Assembly: GCA_963977445.1 (NCBI GenBank)
Contig: CAXBPH010000085.1
Coordinates: 1-24,594, forward strand
Origin: an uncultured bacterium
Lineage (GTDB): Bacteria; Hydrogenedentota; Hydrogenedentia; Hydrogenedentales; JAEUWI01
Reading direction: 5' to 3'
DNA length: 24,594 bases
A program made the translations under genes and the position numbers. Below the pieces are notes generated by a model. The model made no database searches and was not told the DNA's origin. It saw nothing but the letters and a program-made list of their open reading frames with translations. Shown one piece after another: positions 1-7,663 of this stretch (positions are counted from its first letter, which is position 1; the number at the start of each line of letters is the position of its first letter).

Positions 1-956
1 TGCTGCTGGCGGTTATGTTTGCTGGTCACGAAGTGAACGGCGGTCAGCGCTGGCTTGATCTAGGCCTGTTTCGCATCCAGCCCTCTGAAATTACCAAGAT
101 GGTGATGGTCTATTTTCTGGCGTGGTACTTTCACACCCTGGGTCCACGGATTCGTAAGTTACACTGGTTCCTGCTGACCTTTGTGCTGGTCGGCATCCCC
201 ATGCTGATGATTCTCAAGCAACCGGATTTGGGCACGGCGGCTTGCCTGGGTCCGCTGGTCATTATCATGTTATTTGTGGCCGGGTGCCGCCTCTGGCATA
301 TTGGCGCGGTGGTGCTCGTGGGGATGTCGGTGATCCCCTTTGCCTGGTATCAGATTCACGACATGGATCCGAGCCCCATTCCGCGGGTGCAGGAAGAGCA
401 GCGAAAAGAGTTTGCTGCCGTTAAGAAACCCTGGGACCTTGAGTGGCACCAGAAAATGCGAATCTATACGTTTGTACACCCGGATTTTGCGCCGCGTGTT
501 TCCAACTGGCAGGCCTATCAGAGCTTCGTGACCGTGGGTAGCGGCGGTTTCGCGGGGAAGGGCTTTCAGCAGGGCACGAATACGCGGTTGAATTATTTAC
601 CCGAGCACCGGACCGACTTTATCTTCTCCCACTATGCGGAAGAACGGGGATTTGTCGGTTGCGTGGTGGTGATAGGCCTCTATCTGGCCTTCTTGTTACG
701 CGGGCTTATGTATGCCCGTGATTGTCCCGAAATGATGGGAACCCTTTTGGCCGCTGGTGTGGTCACCGTGTTGGGGTTCCATATATTCTTCAATATTTCA
801 ATTACCATTGGCCTGATGCCGGTAACCGGCATGCCTCTCCCCTTCCTGAGCTATGGTGGCACGTTTTATATGACCACCATGGCGTGCGTTGGCATTCTCT
901 TGAATGTTCCAATGCGACGCCGTATGTTCCTGGAAGAAGGCATGTTTGGCGGCTAG
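1..956 (+). CDS. rodA: SEDS-family peptidoglycan polymerase RodA (5'-truncated by the window edge)
   Basis: The frame is open to the window edge (LLAVMFAG...). FtsW/RodA motifs are present: GGQRWLDLG, IQPSE, KQPDLGT, LPEHRTDFIF (catalytic Asp), PVTGMPLPFLSYGG. GFQQGTNTRLNYLPE and the position before rng favour RodA over FtsW. Confidence 0.9.
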   Translation, partial: LLAVMFAGHEVNGGQRWLDLGLFRIQPSEITKMVMVYFLAWYFHTLGPRIRKLHWFLLTFVLVGIPMLMILKQPDLGTAACLGPLVIIMLFVAGCRLWHIGAVVLVGMSVIPFAWYQIHDMDPSPIPRVQEEQRKEFAAVKKPWDLEWHQKMRIYTFVHPDFAPRVSNWQAYQSFVTVGSGGFAGKGFQQGTNTRLNYLPEHRTDFIFSHYAEERGFVGCVVVIGLYLAFLLRGLMYARDCPEMMGTLLAAGVVTVLGFHIFFNISITIGLMPVTGMPLPFLSYGGTFYMTTMACVGILLNVPMRRRMFLEEGMFGG

Positions 957-995
957 ACGGATTCCGTCTGGGCGGTGGACAGAAAGAAAACTTTT

Positions 996-2525
996 ATGCG
1001 AGAACTCGTAATTAATGCCGGTTCGCTCGAAACGCGGATCGCAGAAATCGAAGGTACCCGCCTGGTTGAACTCCAGGTGGAGCGCCAGGAAAGCCCCAGT
1101 ATTGTGGGCAACATTTATAAGGGCCGTGTGGACTCGGTTGTGCCGGGTATTCAGGCGGCATTCATCGACATTGGCCAGGAAAAAAATGGCTTTCTCTACG
1201 TGTCGGATATTGCTGGTGCCGAAGGCACGGGCGATATGATGTTAGACGAAGGCAAGCCCCGTGCCCGCACCCGTGCCCGCCGTGCCCGCCAGCAACCCAT
1301 TGAGACCATGCTGAAAAAGAATCAGCACATCATGGTGCAGGTGGTGAAAGATCGCCTGGGCACCAAGGGTGCACGTATTACCAACTTTATCACGGTGCCG
1401 GGGCGCTACACGGTGCTCATGCCTACGGTCAGCACCCTCGGTGTGTCGCGGAAAATCGAATCCGAAGAAGAGCGTGACCGCCTGAAAAAGATTCTGCGTC
1501 AGGTCCGCCCGAAAGGCATGGGACTCATTACCCGGACCGCGGGCGAAGGCCGAAAAAAAGTAGACTTCCAGTCCGACGCGAAATACTATGCGAAAGTCTG
1601 GGAAACGGTCAAGACGAAATACGAGCGGATGAATGGGCCCGGATTGATTCGGGAAGACCTCAGCCCCATTCTGCGGGCGGTCCGCGATCGCTTTACCACC
1701 GATATCGACCGCCTCACGGTGGATGATGAAGAGCAGCACGACCGGATTCTTGCGTTCCTGGAGAACTTGGCTCCGGACCTGAAGAAACGGGTCCGCCTGT
1801 ATAAGATGCGTCGCCCCATCTTCGATAAGATGGGAATCGAGACGGAGATCGCCAAGGCCCTGCGCCGTCAGGTGTATCTGCCGAGTGGTGGTCATATCTG
1901 TATCGACCAGACCGAGGCGCTCATCGCCATCGACGTGAATACCGGCAAGTTTACCGGCAAGAAACAGCTCGAAGACACGGTTTTCCTGACCAATATAGAG
2001 GCTGCCGAGGAAATTGCCCGCCAGATGCGTCTCCGCGATATGGGCGGCATTATTGCCATCGATTTCATCGACATGTCTCAGGAGCGGAATCGGAAGAAGC
2101 TGCTGCGCACCATGCAGGAAGCCTTGCTGACTGATCGGGCCAAAACCACCGTCTCCGAGATTAACGAGTTGGGCATGGTGGAAATGACCCGAAAGCGGGT
2201 CAAACACAATCTGGTGAAAGCCCTTTCCCAGCCCTGCCCCTATTGTGAAGGCAGTGGCCAGGTCCGGTCCGTGACCACCATGACCTTCGACACGCTACGC
2301 ACCCTGCAGAGCCTTTTTGTTACCAGCAAAGAGAAAGGTATCGTGCTTCAGGTGCACCCCGATGTAGCCCGTCGTCTCCGAAATGAGAATAAATCCATGC
2401 TCGATGAGATTGCAGAACGCTTTTCCCGGGAGATCACGGTGGAATCTGTTTCGGACTTCCATATTCACGATGTGAAGGTCTTGCGCGCGCGCACCCGGGA
2501 AGAAATCACCCGCAACAGCGCCTGA
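996..2525 (+). CDS. rng: Ribonuclease G / RNase E family endoribonuclease (catalytic region only, no long C-terminal scaffold)
   Basis: S1 domain GNIYKGRV...QAAFIDIG; 5'-sensor region GVSRKI; catalytic motifs IDVNTG and IDFIDM; Zn-link CPYCEG. ATG 996 (MRELVIN) matches the family N-terminus better than GTG 975. Confidence 0.92.
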   Translation: MRELVINAGSLETRIAEIEGTRLVELQVERQESPSIVGNIYKGRVDSVVPGIQAAFIDIGQEKNGFLYVSDIAGAEGTGDMMLDEGKPRARTRARRARQQPIETMLKKNQHIMVQVVKDRLGTKGARITNFITVPGRYTVLMPTVSTLGVSRKIESEEERDRLKKILRQVRPKGMGLITRTAGEGRKKVDFQSDAKYYAKVWETVKTKYERMNGPGLIREDLSPILRAVRDRFTTDIDRLTVDDEEQHDRILAFLENLAPDLKKRVRLYKMRRPIFDKMGIETEIAKALRRQVYLPSGGHICIDQTEALIAIDVNTGKFTGKKQLEDTVFLTNIEAAEEIARQMRLRDMGGIIAIDFIDMSQERNRKKLLRTMQEALLTDRAKTTVSEINELGMVEMTRKRVKHNLVKALSQPCPYCEGSGQVRSVTTMTFDTLRTLQSLFVTSKEKGIVLQVHPDVARRLRNENKSMLDEIAERFSREITVESVSDFHIHDVKVLRARTREEITRNSA

Positions 2526-2549
2526 TAGCCAGCATCCATCGTGGAAAAA

Positions 2550-2578
2550 TTGGCGAAGCTGTGATAAAACTATAAGGT
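2550..2578 (+). promoter_or_regulatory. Putative sigma70 promoter of the HD-GYP gene
   Basis: TTGGCG (2550-2555), 17 nt spacer, TAAGGT (2573-2578), in an AT-rich intergenic stretch. AAGGAG follows before the TTG start. Confidence 0.4.
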
Positions 2579-2612
2579 ACGCCATGATCGGCGGCCACCA
2601 AGGAGTAAGGTA

Positions 2613-3611
2613 TTGACACCCGTGCAGGCGGAACAAGCACCGGAAAAGGATGCTCAACAGGCGTTTATGTCCATTCATATGGATTCACTCCGTCTGGACA
2701 CGAGCCCGCCTTTTGCCCTGTATTTCCGCTCGGGCCCGGATCAGCCCTATGTACTCTATTGCGAGCGGAAGACAGAATTTACCCGGGATGCAAAGAAGCG
2801 GCTCCAGCAGAATCGAATCACCCAACTCTACATCGCCGAACGGGACCGTAGTTTTTACAGCCGTTATGTCGCCGACAATCTGAATCACATTCTGGACGAC
2901 CCCAAGCTCACCGTTCGGGAAAAATCGGCCATACTCTACGATTCGGCCCAGGCCGTGGTGGAAGATGTCCTCAAGAAACCGACCGCTCGGGCCCATATCG
3001 AGCGCGGGAAGGCCATCGTTCAGCGAACGGTGGACTTCATGCGCTCGGAGGAATTTCTTCTGGAGCATCTGCTCCGGACCATCTCCTGTGACTACTATAT
3101 CTATACCCACAGTGTGAATGTGGTGGCCTACTCCATCGCCCTGTGCATGCGCGCCGGTTTTCTGGATCCCGCTACCCTTCGTGAAGTCGCCAACGGTGCC
3201 CTCCTTCACGATGTGGGGGAAACCGTACTCGACCGGGCCACGGCGACTAAGTCCGGTGCCCTGACGTCGGAGGAGTGGCACGAGGTTCAACGACACCCGG
3301 AAGAAGGGTGTGTCATCCTTCAGAAATCCGGGGTATTGGGCGAGATAGCCCTCGACATTGTGCTCCACCACCACGAAAAGCTGGATGGGACAGGCTATCC
3401 CCATGGCCTGTCGGGGGAAGAAATATCAATTTTTGTACGAATAGTTACGATAGCCGACATATTCGATGCCTTGACCACCGAGCGGCACCACCAGAAGGCG
3501 CGCTCGACATTTGAGGCCCTCAAGCTTATGGGCGAAACCATGCGAGATACGCTGGATAACGAGCTTTTCCGGCACTTTGTGTCCATGATGGGCGGTTCTA
3601 AGAGCCGCTGA
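2613..3611 (+). CDS. HD-GYP domain protein (cyclic-dinucleotide phosphodiesterase family) with an uncharacterised N-terminal domain
   Basis: Motifs HSVNV, LLHDVG, RHPEEG, HHHEKLDGTGYPHGL and IADIFDAL. TTG start preceded by AAGGAGTAAGG. Confidence 0.88.
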   Translation: MTPVQAEQAPEKDAQQAFMSIHMDSLRLDTSPPFALYFRSGPDQPYVLYCERKTEFTRDAKKRLQQNRITQLYIAERDRSFYSRYVADNLNHILDDPKLTVREKSAILYDSAQAVVEDVLKKPTARAHIERGKAIVQRTVDFMRSEEFLLEHLLRTISCDYYIYTHSVNVVAYSIALCMRAGFLDPATLREVANGALLHDVGETVLDRATATKSGALTSEEWHEVQRHPEEGCVILQKSGVLGEIALDIVLHHHEKLDGTGYPHGLSGEEISIFVRIVTIADIFDALTTERHHQKARSTFEALKLMGETMRDTLDNELFRHFVSMMGGSKSR

Positions 3612-3655
3612 GCCCCGGGGTTTCAGGGTGCTACAAGTAGGGCCTCGGATTCGAT

Positions 3656-3685
3656 TTGACACGCCACCCCATTTTTTGATACTCT
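3656..3685 (+). promoter_or_regulatory. Sigma70 promoter of rpoBC
   Basis: Perfect -35 TTGACA (3656-3661), 18 nt spacer, -10 TACTCT (3680-3685) with an extended-10 TG at 3677-3678. Confidence 0.7.
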
Positions 3686-3690
3686 GATTT

Positions 3691-3807
3691 GCTGCGTCCC
3701 CTTAGGGGATAGATCTGTCTTTGGCACCAGTGCAGCCGGTGGTCCCCGCCGACCTCGGACCGCTGTAATGCCTTGTCAGTACAAACCTTACACAAAGGAG
3801 TCTCTGC
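3691..3807 (+). promoter_or_regulatory. Structured 5' leader of rpoB (candidate cis-regulatory RNA)
   Basis: Complementary segments: GTCCCC/GGGGAT (3696-3710), CGGTGGTCC/GGACCGCTG (3737-3745/3757-3765), GCTGCG/TGCAGC (3691-3696/3731-3736). SD AAAGGAG at 3794-3800. Confidence 0.4.
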
Positions 3808-6800
3808 ATGGCCGTAGCTCCCCGCAACGAGCGACCTTCTCTGGGTACCATTCCAGACACCTACGAGCTTCCCAATCTAATCGAGATTCAAACCAAGTCG
3901 TATGGCGACTTCCTCCAGTGGGATGTGCCACCGGACGAACGCGTCGGGCGTGGTTTGCAGGAAGTCTTTATGGATGTCTTCCCCGTGGAGGCACCAAATA
4001 AGCTGACGCGACTTGAATTTGTCCACTACTCCTTTGCTCCTCCCAAGTATACCGTACAGGAGTGTCAGGAGCGGGGTATGACTTATTCCGCGTCGCTCAA
4101 GGCGTTATTGCGCCTGGTGCGTCTTGAAGAGGTCGGTTCCGGTAGCAACAAAGAGCTTCGCGAGAAAATGATGCTTGAACAGGAAGTATTCCTGGGCGAG
4201 CTTCCCATCATGACGGCCACGGGCACCTTTATTATTAACGGTGCTGAGCGCGTTATCGTGAGCCAGCTGCACAAATCGCCTGGTGTGTCTTTCGAACGAA
4301 AGGTTCACCAGAACGGCAAGCCCCTGCTTTCCGCCCGTATTATCCCCTATCGCGGCGCCTGGCTTGAGTTTGAATACGATATCAGCGACTATTTGTGGCT
4401 GACCATCGATCGTCGCTCCAAATTGCCTGCAACGACCTTCCTGAAGGCCTTCGGTTATGTTGAAGCCGAAGAGATTCTCCAGCTTTTCTATCGCTGCGAG
4501 ACCATGACCTTCGGCCGCACCAAAGTTAAGGTGGCCGATGTTTCCATGGATCCGGAAGACGCCGTCGGCCTCTGGATTGCCTCTGACATCGTCGACCCGG
4601 AAACGGGCGAAGTGCTTGCAGAAGCCGCCACGGAGATGACCCTCACCACCCTGGAACGGGCTATGGCTTCCACGGTGCAGAGTGTTCAGGTCCTTCATCG
4701 TGAAGATGTGAGCAAAGACGCGACCATCGCCATGACCCTGTCGCAAGACAAGACACAGACACAAGAAGACGCGCTTCGCGAAATCTACGCCCGTATCCGC
4801 CCCGGCGATCCGGCGACGGATGCGACCTGTCGCACGTTCTTCCAGCGTTTGTTCTATGATCCCAGCCGCTATGATTTCGCGCCTGTGGGTCGCTATAAGA
4901 TCAACCGTAAATTAGGTCTCCAGATCGACCAGGAAACAAAGATTCTCTCGAAAGAGGACGTCGTTGCCACCCTGCAGTATCTGGTGAAACTTCGCTCCGG
5001 TGAAGGCGTGCTTGACGATATCGATCACCTCGGTAACCGTCGTGTTCGTGCCGTCGGTGAGCTTCTGTCCAACCAGGTCCGTATTGGCCTGGTGCGTATG
5101 GAGCGCACGGTGCGCGAGCGCATGAACTTCCAGGAAGAAGATCAGCTTTCACCCCAGACCTTGGTTAACCCCAAGCCGGTCAGCGCGGTGATCAAAGACT
5201 TCTTTGGTCGGAGCCAGCTGTCCCACTTCATGGATCAGATTAACCCCCTTGCGGAACTGACCCACAAGCGCCGTTTGAGTGCCCTCGGACCAGGTGGTCT
5301 GAGCCGCGAGCGCGCTGGTTTCGAAGTGCGTGACGTTCACCCCACCCACTATGGTCGTATCTGCCCGATTGAGACTCCTGAAGGGCCCAACATTGGTCTG
5401 ATGGCGTCACTGTCGACGTATTCACGCATCAATCAGTATGGTTTCCTCGAAACGCCTTACCGCAAGGTGGAAAATGGCCGCGTTCTCGACGAGGTGGAAA
5501 TGCTTTCCGCCTACGACGAAGATAACTACGTTATCGCCCAGGCCAACGCCCCGCTGGATAAGCGCGGTCGTTTCGAACGTCGCACCGTGCTGTGTCGTCA
5601 CCGTGGTGACTTCCCGCAGGCGACTCCCGACGGCGTGGACTATATGGACATATCCACCAAGCAGTTGGTGAGTGTGGCCGCCGCGTTGATTCCCTTCCTG
5701 GAGCACGATGACGCCAACCGGGCGCTCATGGGCTCGAACATGCAACGTCAGGCCGTTCCCCTGCTGAAGACCGATTCGCCTTATGTTGGCACCGGTCTGG
5801 AGCATGTAACCGCCCGTAACTCCGGCACCGTGGTTCGCGCAGAGCGCGCCGGTACCGTAGAGTACGCGGATGGCGAAGTAATTCGCGTTCGCAGCAAAAA
5901 GACGAAGAATGACAACCCCTTCCGTTCTGACGAAGACGTCTATCAGCTGAAGAAGTATGTTCGCTCCAATCAGAACACCTGTATCACCCAGCGCCCCATT
6001 GTGGCCAAGGGCGACCGGGTTGAGATTGGCGACATCATTGCTGACGGTCCGGCGACGGATAACGGCGAGTTGGCCCTTGGACGTAACGTGCTGGTCGCGT
6101 TCCTTCCCTGGGAAGGTTACAACTTCGAGGATGCCATCATCCTGAGTGAAGAGCTGGTGAAAGAAGACGTATTCACCTCCATTCACATTCAGGTGTATGA
6201 GCTTGAAGCCCGTGACACGAAGTTGGGTCCCGAAGAAATTACGCGGGATATCCCCAATGTCAGTGAAGACGCGCTGAAGAATCTCGACGAAAGTGGTATT
6301 GCCTGTATCGGTTCCAAAGTGGGACCTGGCGATATCCTCGTGGGTAAGGTAACGCCGAAAGGCGAGACCGAGCTTGCGCCAGAAGAAAAACTGCTCCGGG
6401 CTATCTTTGGCGAAAAGGCCGAAGATGTTCGTGATGCGTCCCTTACAATGCCTCCGGGATCGAACGGTGTGGTGGTAGACGTCAAAGTCTGTAGCCGCAA
6501 AGACAAGGCCACCGACGCGACGTCGAAAAAGGCCCTCCTTACGGACATTGCCAAGGTTAAACGTCAATACGACGACCGGATCGAAGAGATTCGGGCGACC
6601 TTCGTTGATATGGTTCGCGATGACCTCGTTGGACTTAAGATTCTCGAAGATGTATATGATCACAAGACGGAAGCGCTCGTTCTTGAAAAAGGCAAGCGTA
6701 TCCGTATGGCTCACCTGGACAAGGGTGACTACAGCGTGCTGGCCCGTCTTCGCATAGAAGACAAGAAGACCCAGCAGCAGCTCACCCGCCTGGTCAATAT

Positions 6801-7659
6801 GGCCGCCATGGAAGAAGCCAAGCTTATTGCCTTCCGTGACAGTCAGATCGAGCGCATGCGCAAAGGCGACGAACTGCCTCCCGGCGTTATCAAGCTGGTT
6901 AAGGTATTCGTGGCTAAAAAGCGTCGCATGTCCGTTGGTGACAAAATGGCGGGTCGTCACGGTAATAAGGGTGTGGTTTCACGGGTTGTGCCCGTGGAAG
7001 ACATGCCGTTCCTGCCTGATGGAACGCCCGTACAGATTCTGTTGAATCCCCTCGGTGTACCGTCCCGAATGAACGTGGGACAGTTGCTTGAGACCCATCT
7101 GGGTTGGGCAGCCAAGGCGCTGGGGATGAAAATCGCCACGCCGGTATTCAACGGAGCAACGGAAGAAAACATCGTTGAGTTCCTTGAGAAAGCGGGCCTG
7201 CCTGCTTCCGGCAAGATTCAGCTTCGCGATGGTCGTAGTGGTGTCACGTTGAATCAGCACACCTGCGTCGGCCAGATTTACATGCTTAAACTGAATCACC
7301 TGGTAGACGATAAGATTCACGCACGAGCTATCGGGCCCTATTCGCTGGTAACGCAGCAGCCGTTGGGTGGTAAAGCCCAATTCGGTGGTCAGCGTTTCGG
7401 TGAGATGGAGGTTTGGGCACTGCAGGCGTATGGCGCTGCCTACACCTTGCAGGAGCTGTTGACCTTCAAAGCGGACGATATTCAGGGCCGTACCAAGGCC
7501 TATGAAGCTATCGTTAAAGGCGAGCGCGAAGTGGAACCGGGAACACCGGAATCCTTCAACGTGCTTGTGCGCGAAATACAGAGCTTGTGTCTCGATGTCA
7601 TCAAACTGGTCAAGGTTGATGGCGCCACGGAAACTGAAGAAGAATCTCTGGAGGACTAA
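3808..7659 (+). CDS. rpoB: DNA-directed RNA polymerase subunit beta
   Basis: Motifs [73 protein letters not shown]. Inserts are present at the beta-i4 and beta-i9 positions. Confidence 0.99.
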   Translation: MAVAPRNERPSLGTIPDTYELPNLIEIQTKSYGDFLQWDVPPDERVGRGLQEVFMDVFPVEAPNKLTRLEFVHYSFAPPKYTVQECQERGMTYSASLKALLRLVRLEEVGSGSNKELREKMMLEQEVFLGELPIMTATGTFIINGAERVIVSQLHKSPGVSFERKVHQNGKPLLSARIIPYRGAWLEFEYDISDYLWLTIDRRSKLPATTFLKAFGYVEAEEILQLFYRCETMTFGRTKVKVADVSMDPEDAVGLWIASDIVDPETGEVLAEAATEMTLTTLERAMASTVQSVQVLHREDVSKDATIAMTLSQDKTQTQEDALREIYARIRPGDPATDATCRTFFQRLFYDPSRYDFAPVGRYKINRKLGLQIDQETKILSKEDVVATLQYLVKLRSGEGVLDDIDHLGNRRVRAVGELLSNQVRIGLVRMERTVRERMNFQEEDQLSPQTLVNPKPVSAVIKDFFGRSQLSHFMDQINPLAELTHKRRLSALGPGGLSRERAGFEVRDVHPTHYGRICPIETPEGPNIGLMASLSTYSRINQYGFLETPYRKVENGRVLDEVEMLSAYDEDNYVIAQANAPLDKRGRFERRTVLCRHRGDFPQATPDGVDYMDISTKQLVSVAAALIPFLEHDDANRALMGSNMQRQAVPLLKTDSPYVGTGLEHVTARNSGTVVRAERAGTVEYADGEVIRVRSKKTKNDNPFRSDEDVYQLKKYVRSNQNTCITQRPIVAKGDRVEIGDIIADGPATDNGELALGRNVLVAFLPWEGYNFEDAIILSEELVKEDVFTSIHIQVYELEARDTKLGPEEITRDIPNVSEDALKNLDESGIACIGSKVGPGDILVGKVTPKGETELAPEEKLLRAIFGEKAEDVRDASLTMPPGSNGVVVDVKVCSRKDKATDATSKKALLTDIAKVKRQYDDRIEEIRATFVDMVRDDLVGLKILEDVYDHKTEALVLEKGKRIRMAHLDKGDYSVLARLRIEDKKTQQQLTRLVNMAAMEEAKLIAFRDSQIERMRKGDELPPGVIKLVKVFVAKKRRMSVGDKMAGRHGNKGVVSRVVPVEDMPFLPDGTPVQILLNPLGVPSRMNVGQLLETHLGWAAKALGMKIATPVFNGATEENIVEFLEKAGLPASGKIQLRDGRSGVTLNQHTCVGQIYMLKLNHLVDDKIHARAIGPYSLVTQQPLGGKAQFGGQRFGEMEVWALQAYGAAYTLQELLTFKADDIQGRTKAYEAIVKGEREVEPGTPESFNVLVREIQSLCLDVIKLVKVDGATETEEESLED

Positions 7660-7663
7660 TACG

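Noticed and set aside
955..969. Small hairpin AGACGG-ATT-CCGTCT after rodA as a terminator
   Set aside because: The stem is short and has no U-tract. It could be an rng leader element, but the sequence alone cannot support that.
3768..4001. Out-of-frame ORF starting in the rpoB leader as a possible leader peptide
   Set aside because: There is no SD before ATG 3768, no telling codon runs, and most of it overlaps rpoB.
7502..7663. N-terminal extension of RpoC, or an rpoB-rpoC fusion or frameshift
   Set aside because: rpoB ends with a normal stop, rpoC has its own SD and TTG, and the extension is not RpoC-like.
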